DNA from: a virus
IMG/VR virus record: IMGVR_UViG_3300043397_000067
Span: 1-64,000 of that record
Strand: one strand, 5' to 3'
Length of the DNA stretch: 64,000 nucleotides
This document shows positions 17,196 through 27,052 of this stretch, piece after piece. The position numbers were made by a program, and so were the translations under genes. The stretch's first letter is position 1. Each line of letters starts with the position of its first letter. The notes beneath the pieces are model-generated. The model had not been told where the DNA came from, made no database searches, and was given only the letters and a program-made list of their open reading frames with translations.

Positions 17196-20059
17196 CTCAG
17201 ATGTACCGCTACTTTCAGCGTACAGGTGGGGAAGAAGCGTGGGAGCCAATACAGGCAAACCAGCCACTTGACCACATAAAGCCAACATTCATCACAGTTT
17301 TAACACTGGATACACTCTTAGAGAAAGACGCAAAATCAGAAGTTACTGAGCTGGTAAAGTATCAAGGTCCACTATACTTCGACCTTGATAGCGACGATGT
17401 TACATATTCCATAGCAGGCGCTATTGAGCTACTTGAGAAGCTTAAAGAGCACGGCATAGAAGAAACAGACGTTGAGGTTTACCTGTCAGGCAAGAAAGGC
17501 TTGCACATTCTTGTACCGCAAGAGTGCTTCATGGACAAGGTTATTCCGCTTGTCAAACTGCCTGCAGTGTACAAGGAAATAGCGTTTAAGATGGCTGTGG
17601 ATACGATGGACTTTGCGGTATATACCGCAAAGAAAGGTCGTATGCTGCGTACCTGCTTTAACATTCGTGAGAATGGTAACTACCGGGTTCCTGTAACAGC
17701 GGCAGAGCTTCTGTCTCTTACACCAGAGACATACACAGAGTTCTGTAAAGAACAGCGGTACGTCACTCCACGTACCCCCCAGTACAGGCCGAGGTTTGCA
17801 CTTGTATTTGATGCTGCCAAGCAGAAGATTGCACAGACAAAGAAGAAAAAGAGTAAGCCTGTAGACGCTGCCACCCTGAAACAGCACGAGCCAACGGTAA
17901 AGCGACTGATGGACGGCGAGACAAACGGCGAGGTAAGCTTCAATAAGGCAGCTATCCAGCTTGCCTTATACGCCAGAGAAGCCCACCTCAATGAAGATCA
18001 GCTTGTCGCCGCCTGCCAAGGCCTGATTAACACCCACCAGTCTGACGGTACACGCTACAATACGCCAAATAAGCGGGAGCGTGAGCTTCGGCGTATGGTG
18101 GCCTACGTAGAAGATAATGGCGGCTATGACTACAGCATCGGACCCATCAGGTCTATGTTAGCCAAAGAAGCCGTTCCTGAGGGTTTCACAGAGTCTGATG
18201 AAGGAGCATTCTCCTCTACCGGTGTAGCTATCGAAGGAGGAAGATACCTAGTCCTAGGCGGAGATTCTGGAGATAAGCGTATCCTTGACGCTACGTTCCA
18301 AGATATTGAAGTGCTTAGGTCAGTCTCTGACGAGAGTATTCTGTGCCTAACTGCAAGGCTCGTAAGAGCCGGAGCAGACACCGGGAACAGAGTTTCTATG
18401 GAGAGAGCAGACTTTACAAGCAGTGCCAGCCTGCACAGACTTGTATCAGGGCAGGGTTTATCTTTTACAGGCTCGGACATTCATGCCAGAGGGATTTATG
18501 AAATTATGCTCAGATACATAAGCAAGAAGTCTTACGCAGTAGAGAGCGAAGGCGTAAACATTATCAAGGTGCGAAATGCAGAAGAGGAAGAACTCCGCGA
18601 AGGCGTAGTAGCTTGGGTAGATTCTTCCGGTGTACGGATGCCAGATCATGTAAAGGATTATGGTTATAACTTTACATTTCAAGGCTACCCCTCACCGGAG
18701 GGCGTACTTAAGACTGACCTCTCTTATGCACCAAACCTTGTAACGTACCTTAAAGAACCTGAGAACTACGAGGCTTTCAAGACAATGATTGTCAGCCTTA
18801 TACATTCTCAATCTCCTAGTGCAGTAGCCAAGCTACTTGGCTGGTGCATTGCTTGCTTTTGGCGTCCTATGTTCCACGAGGTACATGGCAAGTTTCCGTT
18901 GCTGCACATCAACGGAAGCGCGGGAGCAGGTAAGACTGAGTTTACGTCTGCTATGGCAAGGCTCTTCTATCACAAAAATGCACCATTCGTTACATCACCA
19001 TCCAGTACCACCTTCAGTACGCTATGCGCTATCGCAGGAAGCTCTTCGATACCAGTTATCATTGACGAGTACAAGCCTACCGAAATGGGGTCCCAGAAGC
19101 ACGGAATCTATAAGGGTATGTTCCGTGACGCCTACAACATGCGTGACACAGCACGGGGCGGCGGCAACCGTACCAAGGACGCATTCAACGCCCTTAACGT
19201 ATGTACTATGTCGGCCCCAATTATCTTCCTTGCGGAAGCAATGGAGACAGAAACAGCGTTACTTGAACGGGTAGTACTGTTGACTTTGACAAGGCCAAGT
19301 TCTCTTACGTCATACAAGACATACGGGTCCTTTGCCAAGTTCAAGGAGTCCGGTGAACCACTATCCGCACTAGGCTTGTACTTTGCAAACATTGTATCGC
19401 GTAGGTACAATAAGGAGCAGTTCCGCGCAGAGTTCAATGAGATATACAACCAGAACAGGGAACGTCACCTGATTATTCCGGGCTTGGATATGGATGCTAT
19501 GTCGGAGGATGACTTCAAGGTCAGGGCCTCTAACCGTGAGCGTAGCGTCTATAACTACTCTGTAGCCTTGTTCGGTATCAGGAAACTTGAGCAAGTCCTT
19601 CGGAACGTATTCAAGGACGAGTTTGACGCTGTTTGTGGAAAGTGGTTCGCCATTAGCACTGACGCTGTATTTGCGCGTATGGGTGACATTAACGCTACTA
19701 CAGTACCTGAGTACATCAAGGTTCTGCAGATAATGTCTGATATAACCCGTATCGTACTAGACGGTCCTGCTCACATGCGAGACGGCTTTGAGTACGCCTT
19801 GTATGACACTGGCGGATTCAAGACTATACACCTCGCTGTACGCCCTATATACTCAAAGTATAGGTCCTATTGTAGGACAGTAGGGGTCAATCCTCTGTTC
19901 TATGATGACGGCGCTTTTGCACATGCGTTAAGGGATTCGCCTTACTTTATACGCAGGGATATACGGACAAGAGCCTTGCAGACGGATACCGTGGTCCTTG
20001 ACTATGAATCACTTTTACGGGCCGGGGTGGAAACTTTCCAAGGAAGATTCTACACTTAG
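17192..20059 (+). CDS. Primase-helicase (AEP/primpol N-terminus plus P-loop helicase)
   Basis: LYFDLD and SGKKGLHI AEP motifs; Walker A GSAGAGKT; Walker B IIDE. Confidence 0.85.
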   Translation: MTQMYRYFQRTGGEEAWEPIQANQPLDHIKPTFITVLTLDTLLEKDAKSEVTELVKYQGPLYFDLDSDDVTYSIAGAIELLEKLKEHGIEETDVEVYLSGKKGLHILVPQECFMDKVIPLVKLPAVYKEIAFKMAVDTMDFAVYTAKKGRMLRTCFNIRENGNYRVPVTAAELLSLTPETYTEFCKEQRYVTPRTPQYRPRFALVFDAAKQKIAQTKKKKSKPVDAATLKQHEPTVKRLMDGETNGEVSFNKAAIQLALYAREAHLNEDQLVAACQGLINTHQSDGTRYNTPNKRERELRRMVAYVEDNGGYDYSIGPIRSMLAKEAVPEGFTESDEGAFSSTGVAIEGGRYLVLGGDSGDKRILDATFQDIEVLRSVSDESILCLTARLVRAGADTGNRVSMERADFTSSASLHRLVSGQGLSFTGSDIHARGIYEIMLRYISKKSYAVESEGVNIIKVRNAEEEELREGVVAWVDSSGVRMPDHVKDYGYNFTFQGYPSPEGVLKTDLSYAPNLVTYLKEPENYEAFKTMIVSLIHSQSPSAVAKLLGWCIACFWRPMFHEVHGKFPLLHINGSAGAGKTEFTSAMARLFYHKNAPFVTSPSSTTFSTLCAIAGSSSIPVIIDEYKPTEMGSQKHGIYKGMFRDAYNMRDTARGGGNRTKDAFNALNVCTMSAPIIFLAEAMETETALLERVVLLTLTRPSSLTSYKTYGSFAKFKESGEPLSALGLYFANIVSRRYNKEQFRAEFNEIYNQNRERHLIIPGLDMDAMSEDDFKVRASNRERSVYNYSVALFGIRKLEQVLRNVFKDEFDAVCGKWFAISTDAVFARMGDINATTVPEYIKVLQIMSDITRIVLDGPAHMRDGFEYALYDTGGFKTIHLAVRPIYSKYRSYCRTVGVNPLFYDDGAFAHALRDSPYFIRRDIRTRALQTDTVVLDYESLLRAGVETFQGRFYT

Positions 20060-20069
20060 TCACCCAATT

Positions 20070-20095
20070 TTGGAAATGTGTAATATAATTTCCAA
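20070..20095 (+). promoter_or_regulatory. Promoter (-10 TATAAT) inside an 8-bp inverted repeat
   Basis: TTGGAAAT-N10-ATTTCCAA with TATAAT at 20084-20089. Confidence 0.55.
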
Positions 20096-20151
20096 CATGA
20101 CAGCACGGAATAGACGGCACAAACTTCAACTACACTGAAAGCGATAGCAAA

Positions 20152-20889
20152 ATGGGTCTTCTTAACCAAACTCCCGCCTTTGAGGCAGAAAATGATGGCA
20201 GCACCAGCACCAGCCCCGATACCAGCGCAGCACCCGCTGCCGCCACTGACACGAAAAAAGAAGCCGCAGCCAGCGCCCCCGCTGCTACACCTCCAGCCGT
20301 AAGGCCGTCAGGCGCTCTCTCCACCGCAGGCGCTAAGGGCAACATGAACGCCCTCGTGGAGATGAAAGACGCTCTCAAGGTGGACTACAACACACTTGCA
20401 CAGGTAACCACTACTAACGGCAACTTTGTGGAACGCGAAGGCAAGATCGTTATGGGTGACACCGTGGTGTTTGAACTGCTGTCCTTCCAAGATAGCTTCG
20501 TGGTATCACCGGAAGATGACAAGGCACCGAAAGAACTCGTCAAGTACTCCGACGACGGCATCACTACCAAAGACGGAATCCCCGTCCAAGAAGCCCTTGA
20601 CGAGTTGTTCAAGACTGGCTGGGTCAAAGCCCGGCTGCGTCGCCGCACAGTGCTTGTCGGTGCCATTGAGTCTGCTGCAAAGACTGACAAGTTCAATAAC
20701 GAACTGATGCAGTTCGACTTGTCTCCCGCTTCCCGTACACAGTGGGAGCGCTACATGGCCAATGCAGCGTACCAGCTCAAGGTTGGCCGCTTGACGGAAG
20801 ACCGCGCTAAGCGGGTGAAAGCTACGGCTGAACTCGCACAGAACGGCAGCAACACCTACACGCTGGCCAAGTTTGTGGCTGCTGCCTAA
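20152..20889 (+). CDS. Putative single-stranded DNA-binding protein
   Basis: Position in the replication module, host-like codons, beta-rich core; function inferred. Confidence 0.5.
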   Translation: MGLLNQTPAFEAENDGSTSTSPDTSAAPAAATDTKKEAAASAPAATPPAVRPSGALSTAGAKGNMNALVEMKDALKVDYNTLAQVTTTNGNFVEREGKIVMGDTVVFELLSFQDSFVVSPEDDKAPKELVKYSDDGITTKDGIPVQEALDELFKTGWVKARLRRRTVLVGAIESAAKTDKFNNELMQFDLSPASRTQWERYMANAAYQLKVGRLTEDRAKRVKATAELAQNGSNTYTLAKFVAAA

Positions 20890-20898
20890 AGGCTACGT

Positions 20899-20974
20899 GG
20901 GACGGTAGCATAACGGTTAGTGCCGTGACCTCATAAGTCATAAGGTGTAGGTTCAACTCCTATCCGTCCCACCA
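20899..20974 (+). tRNA. tRNA with CAT anticodon (Ile2 or elongator Met; not initiator)
   Basis: GGGACGG/CCGTCCC acceptor, GTGAC-CTCATAA-GTCAT arm, GTAGG-TTCAACT-CCTAT T-arm, A73, CCA. Confidence 0.92.
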
Positions 20975-20980
20975 ACTAAC

Positions 20981-21634
20981 ATGCAAGAGTATTACATTCT
21001 TGATACGGAAACTGCAGGCCTTAAAGGGCCTGTAGTTGAGTTGGCGTTTCTGGTTGTAGATAAAGACCTGAACGTAAAGCGTGAGTTCTGTGAGCGCTTT
21101 AACCCCGGAGTGCCCATTGAGCCGGGAGCATCTGCAATACATGGCATCTACGATGCGGACGTTGCAGACTGCAGGAGCATTCAAGACGCTATTGCAGAGA
21201 TGGAGTTAGAGCCTATATCGGTAGTATGTCATAATGCCCCATTTGATGTACGGATGATACAGGATGACCTGCCTGTAGTGCGTAGCTTGTGTACACTGGC
21301 ACTGTCAAGGCAGTATGTTAAAGGTACGACTAACCACAAGCTTGAGACTCTAAAGAAAGAGCTTAGCTTCTCAGAGCAGACCTCGCACTCTGCACTTGGT
21401 GACGTTTACACCGTGCTGGACCTTCTCAAGTACATCTTGCCTATGACAAGTTTGGACCTTGAGACGCTGTTTGAGCGTGGTAGCAAACCCCGTATGCTCT
21501 CTCATATGTACTTTGGGGAGCATAAGGGTAAGCCGATGCTCAAAGTACCAAAGCAGTATAGAGATTGGCTGCTTAGCCGTGCAGAGCTTGATAAGGACCT
21601 TCGTTACACACTTGAAAGACTGAAAGACCTATGA
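20981..21634 (+). CDS. DEDDh 3'-5' exonuclease (ExoX-like)
   Basis: ILDTETAG, CHNAPFD, HSALGDV; C-terminal FGEHKG...VP..Y..WL. Confidence 0.9.
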   Translation: MQEYYILDTETAGLKGPVVELAFLVVDKDLNVKREFCERFNPGVPIEPGASAIHGIYDADVADCRSIQDAIAEMELEPISVVCHNAPFDVRMIQDDLPVVRSLCTLALSRQYVKGTTNHKLETLKKELSFSEQTSHSALGDVYTVLDLLKYILPMTSLDLETLFERGSKPRMLSHMYFGEHKGKPMLKVPKQYRDWLLSRAELDKDLRYTLERLKDL

Positions 21635-22074
21635 GCTTTTCTGAACAAATCCAGCAGTTCAATACCATGTATCGACTGCCGTGCCCTAGCAAGCCTACGC
21701 TAGAAGCTGTGGGCAACCCGATTGACCGGCTTATCAAGTTCCGCAAGACCCTGCAAGACGAGCTTGACGAGAACCTTGAGATTATCGGCCTGATTCAGGA
21801 GTACCAGAAGAACCCTACCGGCGAGAACTACCTTGCTGCACTGGTAGCAGTAGCTGACTGGCTCGGGGACATTCAGGTGTATGCAGCGAGTGAGATGGCT
21901 AAGTTTGGCCTGCCAAACGATCAAGTGCTTAACCTGATTATGAAAAGCAACTTCTCCAAGCAAAACCCCGATGGTAGTACAACGTATGACGAATATGGCA
22001 AGGTCCAGAAAGGCCCGGCGTACTGGAAGCCAGAACCTTCTATTGCGGAAGAACTACGCAGCCGCATGGTCTGA
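21631..22074 (+). CDS. MazG-like NTP pyrophosphohydrolase
   Basis: ELDE...D.LGD...SNFSK...DEYGKVQKGP. Confidence 0.85.
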   Translation: MSFSEQIQQFNTMYRLPCPSKPTLEAVGNPIDRLIKFRKTLQDELDENLEIIGLIQEYQKNPTGENYLAALVAVADWLGDIQVYAASEMAKFGLPNDQVLNLIMKSNFSKQNPDGSTTYDEYGKVQKGPAYWKPEPSIAEELRSRMV

Positions 22075-22092
22075 GTAGTAGTAACTAAACAT

Positions 22093-22114
22093 AAGCCCTC
22101 TACGGAGGGCTTTT
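22093..22114 (+). terminator. Rho-independent terminator
   Basis: AAGCCCTC-TACG-GAGGGCTTTT. Confidence 0.75.
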
Positions 22115-22130
22115 CTCGTGGAGATTTAAG

Positions 22131-22607
22131 ATGGCAGAAAAAGACCCAAGCGGATTAGATGCACATGCACCCGGCGCTAAACTCGACGCTGGAAAGACAA
22201 GACCTTGGCTAATGGAGTCCGGCTTCGCAAGGGCACTTGAGGAAGTTGCCAAGGTAACTACAGTGGGCGCTATCAAGTACACACCGAACGGTTGGGCGCA
22301 GGTAGAAGACGGTCCATCCCGGTACATGGAAGCCTTTGGCCGTCACAAAACCGCACTTGGCAAGGGTGAAATACTGGATGACGGACCTAGCGGTACAGGC
22401 TGCTACCATAAGGCTCAAATGATCTGGAACCTGCTTGCAAGCTTCGAGCTTGAGCTACGGGCGCGGGATGCGGTTAAGACGCAGCTAACTACCCCTGGCG
22501 GTGCCGGTGGCATAACCATGATACCAAACCCACCGGGTCTAACTATTCAAGAGCAGCATAAGCGTTTATGTGCTGGGGACTTCTCCCTCGGCTATCCAAA
22601 GGATTAA
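22131..22607 (+). CDS. dATP/dGTP diphosphohydrolase-domain protein (DUF5664-like)
   Basis: GAKLDAGK....L....ALEEVAKV.T.GA.KY...GW ... Y..A..RH ... H....IWN. Confidence 0.8.
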   Translation: MAEKDPSGLDAHAPGAKLDAGKTRPWLMESGFARALEEVAKVTTVGAIKYTPNGWAQVEDGPSRYMEAFGRHKTALGKGEILDDGPSGTGCYHKAQMIWNLLASFELELRARDAVKTQLTTPGGAGGITMIPNPPGLTIQEQHKRLCAGDFSLGYPKD

Positions 22608-22608
22608 T

Positions 22609-25600
22609 ATGAAAATAGCAGTAGACCTTTCCTCAGTCATCTGGAACTGCATGAATGCAGGTACAGACCCACAGCAATACAAGGTAGAGTACGAAGGCAA
22701 GAGCTTCACTGTACGCACTGCTGCACACGGTTACGAGTATGCCGTGAACTCTATCAAGTCTGTGCTAGACAAATACAACGCCTCTCCCCGTGACCTTATC
22801 ATCGTGATCGAGGGTGCCAACAGCAAGGCTCCACGCTTGATGATCGACAAGGATTACAAGTCCCAGCGCGGCAAGCGGTGCCCAGAGCAGTATCAAGAGT
22901 TTGGCCTGCTGCGTGACCGACTCGTGACCTTGTTTCGTAACCTTGGAGCCTTGGCCATCCAGCAAGACAACGTAGAAGGTGATGACGTTATTGCATGGCT
23001 AGCCAAAACCTACCCCGGCAAGCTAGTCATTAAGACTACTGATAACGACATGGCTGCGCTTAATAGCGACCGCGTTATCGTAGACATTGCAGGGGATGCT
23101 GCCGTCAATAAGTACGGAGACTTTCCTTTTGAGTACGTCACGCTTTACAAAGCGATGGTGGGGGATTCTAGCGATAACATTAAGGGTATCAAGGGCTTTG
23201 GTCCAGCAGCTTGGATTGACTTTGACCGTCAGTTCGGTGCCGCTGGCATGAAGGAGCTTACCCGACTTGCTGAGAAGGGTTCACTGGAAGAGCTGGCACT
23301 GGAAGCTACTCAAAATGATATGGTAGCGCGTATCTATGAAGGCGCAGAAGACTTTCTGCGTAGCTACCAGTGTGCCAAGATGCACCCGGAGTGGGTCAAT
23401 ACCTTGAGCAACCCCATAACATACCTTCCGGGACTTGTTCAGCCTACCTGTGATGACGAGCGACTGGCTAAGTACAAGGCACAGATGCGTCTTATCACTG
23501 CGGATAACTACGACGCTGCAGTCGCGTTCTTTAAGTCCAAGATTACAGAGACTGCATACTTCCCGATTGACCTTGAAACTTCTACACCGGAAGAAAGTGA
23601 CGACTGGCTTGCAGCCGCTGGCTCAGACAGAGTAGACGTTATCGCATCTAAGATCACTGGAGGCTCTGTTAGCTTTGGAGCCAACGGGCAATACGCTTAC
23701 TATATATCGGTGGACCACAAGGACACAAATAACGTCACCATGAAGCAGTTTGGTGACCTACTACGCTTGATACCTACAGATAAACTGTCAGTAGCGCACA
23801 ACGCTCAAGGCTTTGAGCTGCCAGTGCTGTTCATGGAGTTTGGTCAGGAGTGGGCTGATAATGGCTGGCGTGGGTTCTTTCCTAACCTAGTTGACTCTCG
23901 CATCGCCGCATCACACTGGGACGAGAACCAGTTCAGCTTTGGCTTGAAGACGCTGACCAAGAAGCTGTTTGGCTACGATCAGACTAGCTACGCCGAGGTT
24001 ACTGGTGGCCTCAAGATGAATCAGATACCGGCCACACAGGTACTTGCTTACGGCTGCGATGACGTATATACGTCGGGCGCTTTGTGGGACTTCTTCTCTT
24101 TCATCATGACTATCGAAGGTACACTCGATGCGTTCATAGAGATTGAGCAAAAGCCCATGTACCTGCAGGCGCTGTCTTACTGCCAAGGCATCAAACTTGA
24201 CATGCCGAAGCTGCAACAGCTATCAGCAGCAGACCAAGAGCTTGAGAAAGTGCAGCAAGTCGTTCTTGACAAGAGCCTTATCAAGCTGGGCTGGGAAGGC
24301 ACTGTATGCCCTACTTATGTAGAGCTTACACCTGCAAATGTAAAGGAAGCCGTACAGATCATCTCTGGCATTGAGCTTAAGACTGCAGTACGCACCATCA
24401 GCAAGTTATCTCAAATGGTTCGTGAGACTGGCAACGAGCAGTGTATTCTGCTAGCTAACCTCATTGACAGCAATGACGTTGTTGGCATTAATGCACTGGT
24501 AGCTACGCACTTCTCTGGCCACCCAGAGATGAACGTAGGTAGTCCAAAGCAGCTTAAGGAGTTACTGTACGACAAGCTTGGTATGCCGGTGCGCCTGCGT
24601 AACAAGCCTACGCAGGCTATGCGAGACAAAGGCATTCGAGAAGGTACACCCCGTACCGATGAAGACGCTGTTAAGATGGCCATCAAGATGGGAGATGTTC
24701 CAGAGGAGCATGTAGACGCCTTGAAGGCTCTCATGGAACTCAAGTTCATCAATACGCGCCGCTCGCTGTATTGGGATGCCTACCCTAAGCTGCTGCACTG
24801 GAAGACTGGCAGGCTACACCCAGAGCTGCGCCAAAGTGCTACAAACACACGGCGCTATGCTGGGTCTGCCCCCAACATCCAGCAGCAAGACTCTACTCCG
24901 GGCGGTGTACGCTCTACCTGCATACCACACAAGCGCAACGCTATTGTGGTATCACTAGATGAGTCTGCACAAGAGGTTAGGCAACTTGCTGACTACTGCC
25001 AAGACGCTAACTTGCTTACGTGTTACCTTGGCACCAAGGAGCAGCTACGTGACGTTCACTCTATCGTAGCGTGTAAGATCGCAGGCTGCACATACGAGGA
25101 GTTCCGTGCCCGGCTCAAGTCCGGTGATGAGCTATCTGCCAAACAGCGTCAAGCTGCTAAGATTACCTTGTTCGCTACGATCTACGGCGCTGCTGCACCT
25201 AAGATTGCAGAAGGCTTGGGTATCACGGAAGCAGAGGCTCAGGAGTACATCGACGCCATTTATGCACAGTTCCCTGATGTTAAGGCGTGGAAAGAGGCAT
25301 CGGAAGACCAAGCTCGTAGGCTTGGCTTCGTCGAGATTCACGGCGGCACTATTCGCCACCTTGCTTCGCTTGTCCTGTCAGATGACAAGTACACAGCAGC
25401 CAAGGCTATGCGCCAAGCAGGTAACGCCCGGATTCAAGGCGCTGGCGGCAACCAGATCAAGCGTATCATGTCACGCATCTGGGATAGCCGCTTGATTGAG
25501 GACTACGATTACCGCTGGTACTTCTCAGTACATGACGAGACTGTTCACAGCGTAGCCCGTGAACACGCAGTGCCTGTTATCAAGATACTGCACGGCTTTA

Positions 25601-25737
25601 TGACAGAGCAGTTCTTGAAGACCGTGCCAAGTGCGTCATCCATTGGTGTAGGCCGCAGCTTCGGTGAGCTGAATGAGCTTGGCGAAGTATTTGATGAAGA
25701 AGCTATAGCTAAGGCTGTAGAAGCCATCTTTCAATAA
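22609..25737 (+). CDS. polA: Family A DNA polymerase with 5'-3' and 3'-5' exonuclease domains
   Basis: EGDDVI, GDSSDNIKGIKGFG; DLETS, AHNA, YGCDD; PNIQQ, motif A DESAQEVR, motif B RQAAKITLFATIYG, motif C VHDE. Confidence 0.95.
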   Translation: MKIAVDLSSVIWNCMNAGTDPQQYKVEYEGKSFTVRTAAHGYEYAVNSIKSVLDKYNASPRDLIIVIEGANSKAPRLMIDKDYKSQRGKRCPEQYQEFGLLRDRLVTLFRNLGALAIQQDNVEGDDVIAWLAKTYPGKLVIKTTDNDMAALNSDRVIVDIAGDAAVNKYGDFPFEYVTLYKAMVGDSSDNIKGIKGFGPAAWIDFDRQFGAAGMKELTRLAEKGSLEELALEATQNDMVARIYEGAEDFLRSYQCAKMHPEWVNTLSNPITYLPGLVQPTCDDERLAKYKAQMRLITADNYDAAVAFFKSKITETAYFPIDLETSTPEESDDWLAAAGSDRVDVIASKITGGSVSFGANGQYAYYISVDHKDTNNVTMKQFGDLLRLIPTDKLSVAHNAQGFELPVLFMEFGQEWADNGWRGFFPNLVDSRIAASHWDENQFSFGLKTLTKKLFGYDQTSYAEVTGGLKMNQIPATQVLAYGCDDVYTSGALWDFFSFIMTIEGTLDAFIEIEQKPMYLQALSYCQGIKLDMPKLQQLSAADQELEKVQQVVLDKSLIKLGWEGTVCPTYVELTPANVKEAVQIISGIELKTAVRTISKLSQMVRETGNEQCILLANLIDSNDVVGINALVATHFSGHPEMNVGSPKQLKELLYDKLGMPVRLRNKPTQAMRDKGIREGTPRTDEDAVKMAIKMGDVPEEHVDALKALMELKFINTRRSLYWDAYPKLLHWKTGRLHPELRQSATNTRRYAGSAPNIQQQDSTPGGVRSTCIPHKRNAIVVSLDESAQEVRQLADYCQDANLLTCYLGTKEQLRDVHSIVACKIAGCTYEEFRARLKSGDELSAKQRQAAKITLFATIYGAAAPKIAEGLGITEAEAQEYIDAIYAQFPDVKAWKEASEDQARRLGFVEIHGGTIRHLASLVLSDDKYTAAKAMRQAGNARIQGAGGNQIKRIMSRIWDSRLIEDYDYRWYFSVHDETVHSVAREHAVPVIKILHGFMTEQFLKTVPSASSIGVGRSFGELNELGEVFDEEAIAKAVEAIFQ

Positions 25738-25745
25738 GGACCATA

Positions 25746-26591
25746 ATGCAAAACTACCACGAACTACTACAGACCGTACTTGATACGGGCGTCACGCAAG
25801 TCAACCGCACTGGCGTATCGGCCCGGTTCATTCCGGGCGCTATGCTGCGCTACGACTTGCAGAAGGGCTTCCCGGCCATAACCACCAAGCGGCTGGCTTT
25901 CGGGGCCGTCAAGGGCGAACTGATTGGCTTCCTGCACGGTTGCCAGTCAGCCGCCGACTTCCGGGCGCTGAACTGCAATATCTGGACGCAGAACGCCAAT
26001 GAGAACCAAGCGTGGCTAAACAACCCTAACCGCAAGGGCACAGACGACTTGGGGCGCATCTATGGGGCTATTTGGAGAGACTTCAACGGCATCGACCAAC
26101 TCAAGGAGGTAGTGAGTAAGATCATCAATACCCCCACAGATCGACGCATCATCATGTCAGCGTGGAAGCCTGACGAGTTTGACAAGATGGCGCTACCACC
26201 TTGCCATGTACTGTATCAGTTCCTTGTTGATACCGTACATAAGAGGCTACACTTATGCATGTATCAGAGGTCATGTGACTTATTCCTAGGCGTTCCCTTT
26301 AATATCGCCAGTTGTGCATTGCTGCTTTCACTCGTTGCAGAAGCAACAGGCTATACGGCGGGCTCCTTTACACATTTTCTCGCAGACGTTCATATTTACG
26401 AGAACCACGTTGAGCAAGTCAAGCTACAACTTTCAAGGCAACACCTTGAGCCACCAAAGCTGCGGCTTGCCATGACTAAAGGTGATGGACTTAAGGGCGC
26501 TATGGACGCTATTCTTGGTATGTCACCAGAGGACATTGTTCTGGTAGACTATAACTCACACGCTGCCATACCGGCACCAATGGCTGTATGA
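25746..26591 (+). CDS. thyA: Thymidylate synthase
   Basis: DRTG-like NRTG, LGRIYG, MALPPCH, YQRSCDLFLGVPFN, DVHIYENH. Confidence 0.96.
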   Translation: MQNYHELLQTVLDTGVTQVNRTGVSARFIPGAMLRYDLQKGFPAITTKRLAFGAVKGELIGFLHGCQSAADFRALNCNIWTQNANENQAWLNNPNRKGTDDLGRIYGAIWRDFNGIDQLKEVVSKIINTPTDRRIIMSAWKPDEFDKMALPPCHVLYQFLVDTVHKRLHLCMYQRSCDLFLGVPFNIASCALLLSLVAEATGYTAGSFTHFLADVHIYENHVEQVKLQLSRQHLEPPKLRLAMTKGDGLKGAMDAILGMSPEDIVLVDYNSHAAIPAPMAV

Positions 26592-27052
26592 GCCACGCCA
26601 ATAGAGGTAAAGAAGCGGAAAAACAGTTCCGCCTAGCCTGTGAAACCCTTGCCGTACAGCAGGGGTTTACCTATTGGCGAGTCCCTGATGCAAGGACTGC
26701 TATGGGCAACTCTGGCGGGGAAGGTCCGGGGGACTTTCTCGCTTGGAGCCGTATTACTACTCCAGCAGGCCTAGCAGACAGGTCCTACTCTATTGAAGTT
26801 AAAGAAGTCGAACATGAGTACAGGCTTCCAAAAGCAAATTTTAAGAATGACCAAAGAGCGCGTATGCGTATGCTTGAGCTGGCGGGGGTGGTATGCTACG
26901 TCGCAGTGCTGTTCAAACCGCTTAAGAAGTGGAGAGTAACTAGGCTCTCCTACTTTGACTCTGGTACAACTGGGTCATGGGACATGACAAATCTTGAATT
27001 AGTAGAAATCACAGACTGGATTAAAGTACTACATGCTAACTATTCTAAATGA
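26588..27052 (+). CDS. RecU-like Holliday junction resolvase
   Basis: ANRGKEAE ... GDF ... IEVKE ... Q PD-(D/E)xK pattern. Confidence 0.75.
   Translation: MSHANRGKEAEKQFRLACETLAVQQGFTYWRVPDARTAMGNSGGEGPGDFLAWSRITTPAGLADRSYSIEVKEVEHEYRLPKANFKNDQRARMRMLELAGVVCYVAVLFKPLKKWRVTRLSYFDSGTTGSWDMTNLELVEITDWIKVLHANYSK

Noticed and set aside
21631-25737. 2-aminoadenine (Z) or other modified-base genome
   Set aside because: No PurZ or other base-modifying synthase is visible in the window; ThyA is canonical
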